IMG/VR virus record: IMGVR_UViG_3300045988_039553
Coordinates: 1-44,715 of that record
DNA from: a virus
Direction: 5' to 3' (one strand)
Length of the DNA stretch: 44,715 bases
In this document: in pieces, positions 13,613 through 22,000 of the stretch
Layout: each line of letters starts with the position of its first letter
How positions within the stretch are numbered: position 1 is the first letter of the stretch
Notes under the pieces: generated by a model
What the model was told of the DNA's origin: nothing
The model's database searches: none
What the model saw: the letters and a program-made list of their open reading frames with translations, nothing else
Program-made: the position numbers and the translations under genes

Positions 13613-14740
13613 ATGGCGAATTGCATCAAATGTAAAGCAGCGCTGCCGGATGGCGCGCTGTTTTGTCCTATATGCGGAAAAAAGCAGGCATCTGTCGACC
13701 GAAAAGCCACAAAACGCGGCAACGGGACGGGGACGGTCTATAAGCGCGGCTCTTCATGGGTAGCCGAAATCACCAAAGGCTACCGTGAAGAAGACGGCAA
13801 GCTGACCCGCGTGAAAGCGAAAAAATGCGGCTTCCGCACAAAACGAGAAGCCTTAGAATATATCCCTATGCTGCGGACGCAAAAGCTCCGTGAAAAGGAT
13901 ATCACTTGGCGCAAGGCATACGAATTATGGTTCCCGACGCACCGAGCCGACAAGTCCACGCTGAATTGCTATGCCGCTGCCGAAAAGTATTTTGCATCGA
14001 TCGAATTTATGAAACTGGCCGCGGTCGAGATTGATGACATCCAAGAATGCATTGATGACTGCCCGCGCGCCAAACAGACAAAGAAGAACATGCGCACCGT
14101 GTGCAGCCTGATCTATAAGTACGCCGTTCCGCGCGGATACGCCCCTATGAGTATGGCCCCGTATCTCACCGTCACCGGTGAAAACGCCGCGCCGCGCGCG
14201 AGTTTTGATGCCGACCAGATCAAAAAGATAAAAGAGGCCTGCGGCGTGATTCCATACGCCGACTATATCTACTGCATGTGTTACCTCGGCTTCCGCCCTA
14301 CAGAATTTCTCGGCCTGTCGATTGATAACTACGACAAGAAAGAAAAGGTGCTTCGAGCTGGTATCAAGACTGAAGCGGGCAAGAATAGAACCGTCACGAT
14401 ATCCCCCAAGATTCAGCCCATCATAGACCGGCTGTCGAAAGATAAGATATCCGGCGCGCTGTTCTGCAACGAAGAAGGAAACGCGTTCAGATATGACTAT
14501 TTTCGCGACGAGGTTTTCTATCCCACATTAAAGGCCATCGGCATTGATAATCCGATTGAGAACAAGCGGCACAAATACTCTCCCCATACGTGCCGCCATA
14601 CCTTCGCGACGCTGATGAAAAACATTCAGGCGTCGGACAAGGACAAGCTCGAACTGATCGGTCATGCAAGTCCTGAAATGCTGCGCTATTATCAGGATGT
14701 CAACCTGACAGACCTCCGAAAAATCACAGATGCGATATAG
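13613..14740 (+). CDS. int: Tyrosine integrase with an N-terminal zinc-ribbon
   Basis: N-terminal CIKCKAALPDGALFCPICG. Catalytic region HTCRHTFATLM...GHASPEMLRYY. GGAGGGG SD before the ATG at 13613. Confidence 0.9.
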   Translation: MANCIKCKAALPDGALFCPICGKKQASVDRKATKRGNGTGTVYKRGSSWVAEITKGYREEDGKLTRVKAKKCGFRTKREALEYIPMLRTQKLREKDITWRKAYELWFPTHRADKSTLNCYAAAEKYFASIEFMKLAAVEIDDIQECIDDCPRAKQTKKNMRTVCSLIYKYAVPRGYAPMSMAPYLTVTGENAAPRASFDADQIKKIKEACGVIPYADYIYCMCYLGFRPTEFLGLSIDNYDKKEKVLRAGIKTEAGKNRTVTISPKIQPIIDRLSKDKISGALFCNEEGNAFRYDYFRDEVFYPTLKAIGIDNPIENKRHKYSPHTCRHTFATLMKNIQASDKDKLELIGHASPEMLRYYQDVNLTDLRKITDAI

Positions 14741-14747
14741 TTTCCTC

Positions 14748-14767
14748 GTTACCCCCTTGTTACCCCC
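14748..14767 (+). repeat. Two direct GTTACCCCC repeats (candidate integrase arm-type sites, P arm)
   Basis: GTTACCCCC at 14748-14756 and 14759-14767. Confidence 0.55.
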
Positions 14768-14792
14768 ATCGAGCGATTTTCCGTTGATATTC

Positions 14793-14853
14793 CGTCACTT
14801 TTCGGTGACTGGGGGTCAAGAGGCCGTGAGTTCAAGTCTCGCCACTCGGACCA
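14793..14853 (+). other. tRNA 3-prime-end-like segment (T-arm, 3-prime acceptor strand, A, CCA); putative attP core
   Basis: GTGAG-TTCAAGT-CTCGC gives a 5-bp T-stem with a canonical T-loop, followed by CACTCGG-A-CCA ending at 14853. No matching 5-prime half or D-arm exists upstream, so it is not an intact tRNA gene. Confidence 0.6.
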
Positions 14854-14860
14854 AGAAAAA

Positions 14861-14891
14861 CCTCGAAACCGTTGTGGTTCCGAGGTTTTTT
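14861..14891 (+). terminator. Rho-independent terminator
   Basis: Stem cctcgaaacc / ggttccgagg with one mismatch, followed by tttttt. Confidence 0.7.
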
Positions 14892-14943
14892 CATATTTAG
14901 ACTATTCTGGCAAATTCTCGATTATGCCCAATATTTCTATCTT

Positions 14944-14964
14944 GTTACCCCCGCAGTTACCCTC
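14944..14964 (+). repeat. GTTACCCCC and GTTACCCTC direct repeats (candidate arm-type sites, P-prime arm)
   Basis: Located at 14944-14952 and 14956-14964, in the same orientation as the upstream pair. Confidence 0.55.
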
Positions 14965-14968
14965 GCAT

Positions 14969-15003
14969 AAAAGGCCTCTACCAATTGTGGGCAGAGGCCT
15001 TTT
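14969..15003 (-). terminator. Bidirectional-looking rho-independent terminator ending the leftward cargo operon
   Basis: 11-bp stem aaaaggcctct / agaggcctttt with a 13-nt loop. Confidence 0.75.
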
Positions 15004-15033
15004 GGCTAATAGTGCATCATTTTTTAGGATCGC

Positions 15034-15345
15034 TCATCCCTCGCGAAACATCCCTTGCATCGTCCGAACCTCGGCAGCTCTCTCGATCTGCTTCCTGTGC
15101 AGATAGTCATAGAGACACTTCATGCCCTCGGGCGGCTCGCCCTTCTCCTGCTTGTACTTCTGGATGACGCCAGCGACCTCGGCGTGGAGCATCGTCATGT
15201 GATGCATCTCTTCGCCGGAAAGCTCGTAAAACGTCTTCGCAAGAGCAGGGCATTCATCCTTGTATTCGAGGGCGCATTTCGCGTACTTCATCGCGTCCTC
15301 GATTTCCTCGTCGACCATCGCCGACAGTTTTTCAATGAGTTTCAT
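15034..15345 (-). CDS. Ferritin-like / four-helix-bundle small protein (103 aa)
   Basis: MKLIEKLSAMVDEEIEDAMKYAKCALEY...LSGEEMHHMTMLHAEV shows an E...H pattern reminiscent of ferritin-like or coat-F-like domains. Confidence 0.5.
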   Translation of the reverse strand: MKLIEKLSAMVDEEIEDAMKYAKCALEYKDECPALAKTFYELSGEEMHHMTMLHAEVAGVIQKYKQEKGEPPEGMKCLYDYLHRKQIERAAEVRTMQGMFREG

Positions 15346-15490
15346 TTTCTTCCTCGCTTTCTGCGGTCGGCTTAGGTATTGCCTTTTTGATCTCAGCAAT
15401 CGCCGCGTCGCCGATCTGGTTGCCGATGCTGCGCCCTGTGGGCGTGGCCACCATCGCGCCAAGCAGCATACCGATCAAGAGCTGCACCAT
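15332..15490 (-). CDS. Small membrane peptide (52 aa)
   Basis: GAGAGGTG SD. Begins MVQLLIGMLLGAMVATP... Confidence 0.45.
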   Translation of the reverse strand: MVQLLIGMLLGAMVATPTGRSIGNQIGDAAIAEIKKAIPKPTAESEEENETH

Positions 15491-15500
15491 CGCGCACCTC

Positions 15501-15902
15501 TCAAACCCTCTGCACGCGCAGCGCCACATTATTGACCGTAGCGGCAACACCGGTGAGCACCAGCGTCAGGGCGGACCCTGCCGCGCAACAGACCTGACGC
15601 ACAAGCGCCGGAATGTTGAGATCGACCGTGCCATTGGCGGCAGCAGTCTCGGATGCAGTAGCGCCGGGAACGGCAACGCCGTCCTTGTAGAGCGTCGCCG
15701 TGACCGTGCCAGCTGCCGTCGGTACGACGGTGACCGAGGCGTCTACATCGTAGTAGCCCGCGCCGGTGATGTTGACGGCGTTGCCGTTAAGCGCCACATC
15801 ACAGCCGTAGCGGCGGATAAGGCTGCCAAGAGGGATGACGCCGTCGACCGCGACAGCGGTAGGCGTCTGCATGGCAGCGTAAAGAGCGGATTTACAAGAC
15901 AT
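15501..15902 (-). CDS. BclA C-terminal-domain-like (C1q/TNF-like jelly-roll) protein, without a collagen stalk
   Basis: GGAAGGAG SD. Alternating beta-strand pattern ...ITGAGYYDVDASVTVVPTAAGTVTATLYKDGVAVPGA...LTLVLTG...NVALRVQRV resembles the exosporium BclA CTD. Confidence 0.45.
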   Translation of the reverse strand: MSCKSALYAAMQTPTAVAVDGVIPLGSLIRRYGCDVALNGNAVNITGAGYYDVDASVTVVPTAAGTVTATLYKDGVAVPGATASETAAANGTVDLNIPALVRQVCCAAGSALTLVLTGVAATVNNVALRVQRV

Positions 15903-15919
15903 TTTTATTCTCCTTCCAT

Positions 15920-15949
15920 AAAAAAATAGGCGGGACGATTGCCCCGCCT
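15920..15949 (-). terminator. Rho-independent terminator
   Basis: Minus strand reads AGGCGGG-gcaatcgt-CCCGCCT followed by ATTTTTTTA. Confidence 0.75.
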
Positions 15950-15999
15950 GTTACCCGGCCATAGGGGCCTGCCATGTTCCCTGAGTGGGGAATATGGTC

Positions 16000-16542
16000 T
16001 TAAAGGTTGACGTTGCCGTTGCAGCCGCAAGACGCGGGGATGATCTGGCCTGCGCAGGTCGAAGCCACGCCGTACAGTGCGGGCTTGGTCAGCATGCGGC
16101 CCTCGATCGCATCCAGACGGCGGTTGAAACCGCAGCAGCAATCGGAAATCTTCGCCGCCAAGGCGTCCGTCTGCTCCTTGGTGAAGATGCCGTTCTTGAG
16201 GTTCTGGTTCTCCATCTTGAGGTCGAAGATGGTCTCCTGCAAGCGCTGCTCGTAGATGCGGCTGGCCTGACTGGTGATAGCTTCAGTGCTGGCGTTGATC
16301 GCCATGCGCGTGTCGTTGCTCTGCTGCTCGATGAGATACTGCGTGCGGGATGTGTCGATGATCCCCTGCTTTTCGACCTCGCAGTTGCTCACGCGGTTGC
16401 AGCCGGTGTCATTGACGGGATACGGCATATTGCCGCGGCCAAAGCCAAAGCCGTTGCCGAAGCCGCCAAACAGCGCCGCGATGACGATGATGATAAACAG
16501 TACCGCGAGCCAGCTCATGCCGGTGCTCTGATCGTTGTTCAT
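16000..16542 (-). CDS. Membrane protein with an N-terminal TM and GGFGNGFGFG segment, a coiled-coil, and a Cys-rich C-terminus
   Basis: AAGGAG SD before the ATG at 16542. N-terminus WLAVLFIIIVIAALFGGFGNGFGFG is YjcZ-like. C-terminus contains DCCCGF...ASCGCNGNVNL. Confidence 0.6.
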   Translation of the reverse strand: MNNDQSTGMSWLAVLFIIIVIAALFGGFGNGFGFGRGNMPYPVNDTGCNRVSNCEVEKQGIIDTSRTQYLIEQQSNDTRMAINASTEAITSQASRIYEQRLQETIFDLKMENQNLKNGIFTKEQTDALAAKISDCCCGFNRRLDAIEGRMLTKPALYGVASTCAGQIIPASCGCNGNVNL

Positions 16543-16578
16543 GGTGCATTCTCCTTTCCTCAAAAATTATTCCAACGG

Positions 16579-16923
16579 CTATTTCAGCCGGGGGAATTTG
16601 GTTGAGCGCCCCGTTTTGCCATTCTGTGGGGCCTGTGAGGCGTTCTGCGCGCCGCCGAGTATTTTATTGGCGTCAGAGCGCAAAGCTTCCGGTGTCGTGC
16701 CGAGAAGCCCACACAGTGCCTTCGCCTGCATTGTGCGCCCGTAGCGCGCATAGAGGCTGTCGGCAATGCCTGGATCAATGCCGAGCCTGCGCGCCGCGCT
16801 CTGCACGCCCTCCAGCGTGTCAGCCGTCCCGCTGATCGCCTGTTCCGCTTTCGTTGCCGCGCTTTGCAGGTCTGCGGAGGGGAACATTTTCGACGCTGCC
16901 GCTATGATCTGCTTGAGATCCAT
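16579..16923 (-). CDS. Hypothetical protein (114 aa)
   Basis: AAGGAG lies 9 nt before the ATG. Its start lies inside the 3-prime end of the upstream ORF. Confidence 0.6.
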   Translation of the reverse strand: MDLKQIIAAASKMFPSADLQSAATKAEQAISGTADTLEGVQSAARRLGIDPGIADSLYARYGRTMQAKALCGLLGTTPEALRSDANKILGGAQNASQAPQNGKTGRSTKFPRLK

Positions 16924-17224
16924 TCACTTTCAGCTCCTTTACTTGGGCCGACAGGCCCTTGATGACCTCGGCCATGTCGCTCATGGCCGACTGCATCTCG
17001 CTCATCAGCTGCTCCTGCGTTTTGGGCGGCGTGATGACGCCGAGCTCAACAAGCTTGTCGTAATACTGCTGTGTCGTGCCTTCCAGCTCTGCGTAGGCGG
17101 CAGCCGTCTTCCCGATGAGCTGCTGGCGGTTGCCGAAATAGTCGGTCTGGAAAATATCACCGTTGTCGATAACACACATCATGCAGTTTCCGCCGCTGTA
17201 TCCGGCGATTGCAAACTGGTCCAT
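16820..17224 (-). CDS. Hypothetical protein (134 aa)
   Basis: AAAGGAGG SD before the ATG at 17224. Begins MDQFAIAGYSGGNCMMCVIDNGD... The last roughly 34 codons overlap the next gene out of frame. Confidence 0.55.
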   Translation of the reverse strand: MDQFAIAGYSGGNCMMCVIDNGDIFQTDYFGNRQQLIGKTAAAYAELEGTTQQYYDKLVELGVITPPKTQEQLMSEMQSAMSDMAEVIKGLSAQVKELKVNGSQADHSGSVENVPLRRPAKRGNESGTGDQRDG

Positions 17225-17257
17225 GCGCGCACCTCCTTTTGTTGTCTCAATGATAAC

Positions 17258-17306
17258 GAAAAAGAGACCCCGCAAAGAGCCTGAAAAAGGTCTTTGTAGG
17301 GTCTCT
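17258..17306 (-). terminator. Rho-independent terminator after the sigma-like gene
   Basis: Long imperfect hairpin AGAGACCC..CAAAGA / TCTTTG..GGGTCTCT followed by TTTTT on the minus strand. Confidence 0.65.
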
Positions 17307-17309
17307 TCT

Positions 17310-17549
17310 TTATGCGTTTTTGATGCTGTCCGCGATTTTGCTGTATGCCCGGCGTCGCCGCGTCTTCACGTACTCCGGTGAGACGTGCAGCGTCTCCGCG
17401 ACTTCGACGCGGCTCTTCCCGCGCACATCGCATTCAATAAGGCAGTACGCCTCGTCCTGCGGCAGCTCAAACGATAAGATATACGCCACAGCCCGTTTGG
17501 GGGCCATAGAGGATAATTGCGCGCGGATTGACCTGTGCTGACTGTTCAT
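17310..17549 (-). CDS. Sigma-70 region-4-like small HTH protein (possible late or cargo transcription regulator)
   Basis: LPQDEAYCLIECDVRGKSRVEVAETLHVSPEYVKTRRRRAYSKI fits the region 4.2 pattern. No clear SD, and the start is uncertain (17549 or 17507). Confidence 0.5.
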   Translation of the reverse strand: MNSQHRSIRAQLSSMAPKRAVAYILSFELPQDEAYCLIECDVRGKSRVEVAETLHVSPEYVKTRRRRAYSKIADSIKNA

Positions 17550-17634
17550 GCCCGTGTAGGGCTTGCAGAGGCGCTTGCGCGTGGGCTTTCGCCGCCCGCT
17601 CCTTCCTTACTTTTTCGACCGCTCCAACTCCGGT

Positions 17635-18210
17635 TTACTTCATTGTTGCAAGTTTCCTGATGAGATCGTCGCCGTATTTGTAAGCGGCGAGGTAGTCCAT
17701 CGTCGCATCAGCCAGACCGGAGCGCTTCTTGAGCACTTCGCGATAGCTCGCCTCATACTTCGGGCGGTATGCGCCCAGCACGAGCGACTTCGCCCGCTTC
17801 TTTCGATACACGCCATCGCCGTTGGCCTGACTGCCTTTTACGCCGCTCGACGTGTTTCCCTCGATGGCGGTCACATACTGACCGCTCACGCTCTCGCAGA
17901 TGCCCGTATGGTCGGTCTTGACCTTCGTGTTGGGAAAGTCGTAGATCAGCACGTCACCCGGCTGATAGCCGGACGTGACCCACTGCCCGTGCGCTTTCGC
18001 GTAGTTCATCAGCTCGCCGCAGCTTGCGGTCTTTCCACCGCCGTAGAAGAGGGACTTATCCACCTGCTGAAAGCACCACCACACAAACTGCATGCACCAG
18101 TACACGCCGTCCACGCCGTAGGCCTTGCCGTATTTCTGCCGGTTGCCCGGGCACTCCACCGTGCCGATCTCCTTGCGTGCGATGGCGAGGATGTCTTCTG
18201 CTCTCGCCAT
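17635..18210 (-). CDS. CHAP-domain endolysin
   Basis: Catalytic-Cys context GVYWCMQFVWW and His context KTDHTGI. Sits immediately downstream of the holin. Confidence 0.8.
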   Translation of the reverse strand: MARAEDILAIARKEIGTVECPGNRQKYGKAYGVDGVYWCMQFVWWCFQQVDKSLFYGGGKTASCGELMNYAKAHGQWVTSGYQPGDVLIYDFPNTKVKTDHTGICESVSGQYVTAIEGNTSSGVKGSQANGDGVYRKKRAKSLVLGAYRPKYEASYREVLKKRSGLADATMDYLAAYKYGDDLIRKLATMK

Positions 18211-18213
18211 TCC

Positions 18214-18414
18214 TTACGCCCCCTTGTCGATCGCGTCCTGCGTCTTCTGACTCTGCGTGCCGAAGTAGAACGCGATGATGACCGCATAGATCGTCATAAA
18301 GTCCTGCGAGATGTTGCCCGTGACGGCCATGTAAGCGAAAACGCCCGTCAGCACCAGCGTCACGAGGCTTTTGACGCTCATCAGGTTTGCCAATCTTTTG
18401 TGAATCAGTTCCAT
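18214..18414 (-). CDS. Holin (66 aa, two TM)
   Basis: MELIHKRLANLMSVKSLVTLVLTGVFAYMAVTG...IYAVIIAFYFG with a charged C-terminus. Position between XhlA and the endolysin. Confidence 0.7.
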   Translation of the reverse strand: MELIHKRLANLMSVKSLVTLVLTGVFAYMAVTGNISQDFMTIYAVIIAFYFGTQSQKTQDAIDKGA

Positions 18415-18415
18415 G

Positions 18416-18610
18416 TTATTCGTCCTTTCCTTTGATTTTGATTCCCGCCAGTAAGCCAAGCTCCGCCGTCCACGCGGCGAACCACGCGACGGTCAGACTG
18501 TCCGGCACTACCTTGTCATGCGCGGTCAATACGAGCACCGCAATGCAGTACCAGCAGAGGTTGAGCACTGCCGCGATGACGTACTTGTCCCGCTTTCTCA
18601 GCTTCTTCAT
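18416..18610 (-). CDS. Small two-TM membrane protein of the lysis cassette (holin-like or holin accessory)
   Basis: MKKLRKRDKYVIAAVLNLCWYCIAVLVL...AWFAAWTAELGLLAGI. ATGA overlap with xhlA. Confidence 0.55.
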   Translation of the reverse strand: MKKLRKRDKYVIAAVLNLCWYCIAVLVLTAHDKVVPDSLTVAWFAAWTAELGLLAGIKIKGKDE

Positions 18611-18909
18611 AAGGCCACCCCCGACAGCAGCCACGCGATAAACGCACCCGCCAGCGCCGCGAGAGCCTTGTCGACCAGGCTGTCCCAGCGTTTCCCTGCC
18701 TTGCCCGTGATGGCTTTCACGTCCTCTTTGATCTCTTTGACGTCTCCCTCGACGGTCTCCTGCTTGGTCGCCAGCACTTCGACCGACGTTGCCAGCCTGT
18801 CAAGCGCCGTTTGGTGCTCCTGCAGCTCGTTGATTCGATGCGTATTGCTCTTGCACCGCGATTCGATGAGCGCGATTGCCGCGTCGTCGTAGTGCTTTGC
18901 ATTATCCAT
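18607..18909 (-). CDS. xhlA: XhlA-family haemolysin-like lysis protein
   Basis: Coiled-coil region (HRINELQEHQTALDRL...) followed by the C-terminal TM ALAALAGAFIAWLLSGV. Confidence 0.7.
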   Translation of the reverse strand: MDNAKHYDDAAIALIESRCKSNTHRINELQEHQTALDRLATSVEVLATKQETVEGDVKEIKEDVKAITGKAGKRWDSLVDKALAALAGAFIAWLLSGVAL

Positions 18910-18946
18910 TTTTCACGCCCCCTTATTTTTATGGTGTTCTTCATTG

Positions 18947-18983
18947 AGCCTATCATGCCGCTTCCGCAAATTCACCACGGGGT
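18947..18983 (-). promoter_or_regulatory. CCGTGGTGA-N19-TAGGCT promoter-like box (copy iii) upstream of the lysis cassette
   Basis: Minus strand reads accCCGTGGTGAatttgcggaagcggcatgaTAGGCT. Confidence 0.5.
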
Positions 18984-19017
18984 AAAAGAACCTGCCGGGG
19001 ATCCGACAGGTTCTTTT
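18984..19017 (-). terminator. Rho-independent terminator after the giant gene
   Basis: Minus strand reads AGAACCTGTCGG-atcc-CCGGCAGGTTCT followed by TTTTA. Confidence 0.8.
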
Positions 19018-19020
19018 TGT

Positions 19021-22000
19021 TTAAACCGCTTTCTTCCGTGCGATTGCAAGCTGCTCGTCCACCCGCGCGCGGTTCCAATGGCGAATCTTCTTCGGCACGT
19101 CCAAATATTCGTACATCGCCGTGCGCTGCTGCTCGTTAAGCCCTGAGCGGAACAGCATTTCCATGATCTGCAAGCCTTTGCTATAGTCGATGCTGTCGCC
19201 GTCCTTGTCCTTCAGCATTTCGCACTCGCTCGCCGCCGCCTTGCAGGCCGCGAACACGCCGGGGGCGATGCGGTACTGCTTCTGTGCCTCCTGCGCATTC
19301 TGGATCCATTTGGTCGTGATCTCGTACTGCCCGCCGGAGTTTTCTTTCAGCGCCACCGCCTCGGCGTAGCTCTCGACGTAGCCAAGCGTCTTGTCTTTGC
19401 CCTCGTCAGAGAGGCGGGAGAAGGCCCCGCTGCTCGTTGCCTTATCAGCCTGCGTGCGGTAGGCGTCGCTCTTCTGCGTCTCATACTTGCTGTACGAGCT
19501 CGCGTTGAGGTCCGCCGCGCTGAATTTCTCCTCGCCCTCGCCGCTGTCATAGGCGTACTTCCCGCGAATGCCAAGCAGGTCAAGCGACTTCTGCGGGAAC
19601 GAGTAGTTGGCCTCGCTCTCGGCCTTCTTGTTGTAGCGGGTCTTGAGGCTGCTTTGGATGCTCTCTCCGTCAAGCCCCATCTGCTCCATCAATTCGCGGC
19701 GCACGTGCTCATAGGTCGCGTAATCACCATGTTCCAGCGCATCGTAAAGAATGCCGATAAACCGGCTCTTGTTGCCGCTGTTGGCAAGGTTGTAACTGAA
19801 CTTCTCCACCTCATACTGGAAGCCGAGGCTGCCGCTCGCCTGTGCGATGGTGCGCAGCGTCGCCATAAGGTCGCGCTTGATGTTGGCGACCGGCAGACCA
19901 AACATCTTGCTCGCCGCAACCAGAAGCGTGAGCGTGGCCTCCTTACGGGTCTTCTTGCCGTCACCGCCTGCGCTGTCAACAAAGGTTTTTGCCGCGTTGA
20001 TTAGATCGGAGAAGACCTCCATATCAGGGCGCGACACATCATAGCCCTGCGCAAGCGAGAGAACGTCCTTTGCGAATGGGATTTGCGCCACGGGGTTCAT
20101 GTTGCTGACGACGTTGCCGTTCAACACGACGTTGCCGATTAACTCGAGTGCGTTCTTCTCGTCCCCCTCAGCGCCCGTAAAAGCTGAAAGAAATTTCTCC
20201 CCGTAGTCCTTGTCGCGGTCATCGTCGCGCAGGCCGTCGACAATGCTCTGTGCCAGCGCATTCACCACATTCGTAACGACCAGCGCCGTCGCCGCGCGCC
20301 CCAGCGTCTTCAAAGCCTTGCTGCGCTTCGCCGGGTTCTCCTCATATCGGAAGTTGTCGTAGCTGCGAAGCAGCACGTTCAGGCTCATGATGGGCTCGCC
20401 CATAAAGGCTGTCGCCTGCTGCGAGAGGGTGCTCTTGCCACGCATGATGTTGCTGCGCTGCAAGATTCCGTCGACGACCTGCGTCTGATCGATCATATCG
20501 GAGAACACATCGTTGACCGCGCTGTAAAACTCGTTGCTGCCCGCGCGGACGTCGGGATTTTCACGCTTCACCTGCCACTCGCAGGCGTTCCACAGTTTCC
20601 CCCACGTCGCGGCATCCGCCTTGCCCGCAGCAGCGCCCGCGAGGTCGTTCAGTTTGTTCGTCACGCCCTCTTTACCGTAGAATCGGTCTTTCAGCGTGTA
20701 CGGTGACGAGATATCAAAGCTGCCGACGTCCTTGCGCATTGCGATAGGGGAATGCTCAAGCGCTTTCTCCCAGCCGCTTCCCTTCGTCACGCCGCCGGTC
20801 ATGCCCTTTGCCATGTCCTTCGGATCAAGAACCGCCGCCGCGCGGAAGAAAGCCGTCGGCTGCTGGATGACGACGCGGATGTTCGCGCCGACAGACGCGC
20901 CCTTGAATTTGCCGACGAACTTTCCCATCTTGCCCGTGATCGGCTCAAAGTCTTTCGTGCCGATGCCGTTCTGAATGTCGCCCATCAGTTTTTGCCAATA
21001 CTGCTGCGCGCCATTGCCGCCCTTTTCGTCGAGCAAGCCCTTGACGCTCACGCCGGTCTTATTCCCTGCGTCATTGCGGTACTGGAAGTTGAAGAAACGG
21101 TTTGCATCCTCCATCGGTGCGAGCCATGCCGCGTAGTCGATCATGTCAGATGCGTGGTCGGCGAACGTATCAAACACGCTGCGCAGCTCCACGGCGTTGT
21201 TCGCGTTTGGCGTCACCTGCTGCGCCATGCCGATATTCTTGATGGAGCGCACATTGCCGCTGTCCTTCTCGAGGTTGCTGTGCAGTGCTTCCTTTGCTGA
21301 CTTGATGGGCCAGTAGTTTTTCTCGGTGAATTTGCGGTAGCCGTAGGCCTGCATGCTCGCGTCGTTGCCGTACTTGGCAAGCGTCGTTGCCGTCAAGTCC
21401 TGCAAGCCGTCCGCCACGCGCTTCTGCTCGTCCGTCAACTTGCCCGTGATGCGCTCGATATCTCCACCAGTCAAAAAGACCTGCTGCGTGCCACGCGGCA
21501 CTTTTGTCCTGCCGGTCTCCGCGCTCTTGATCTCCGGCTGGATGACGCCGCCGCCAAGAAGATGTCCAAGCGCCTGCTTGCGCTTGCTCAGAAGGTACAG
21601 CTCCATGATCTGCGGCGTTGTCAGCGTCAGCTCGGCTTTCCCAGCGGTCGTGATGTCGTGCGTCTCCGCCTCCCACTTGCCGATGGCGCTGCCGCGCGCG
21701 TCGCGCAGTGCGCCTTTCAGGTCGCCGTGGACAGCCTTTCCAGCAATATCCTTGAAGCCGGCCTCACCCAGCTCGTCGCTAAGCACCTTCCGCGTCTTTT
21801 CGGCGATATCGCGCGCCATGATCTCCTGATGATCCTGTGCATTGCGTAGCATCCGGTAGATGCTCTTGCCCGTCTCGCCGTAGTGCGCGAAGAACGTGTA
21901 CGGCGTTTCTAAGCTGATCGTCGTATTGTTGCCGAGCTTCTTCCGGCGCGTGCTCACGTCGGTCTTGAAGGCATCCGCCATCTGCTTTGTGGTCTCGAAT

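Noticed and set aside
14769-14853. An intact type-II (long variable arm) tRNA gene
   Set aside because: Only the T-arm, 3-prime acceptor strand and CCA are convincing. The best 5-prime acceptor candidate (TCGAGCG) has a mismatch. Positions 8-9 and the D-arm are absent, and the anticodon-like hairpin has a 6-nt loop.
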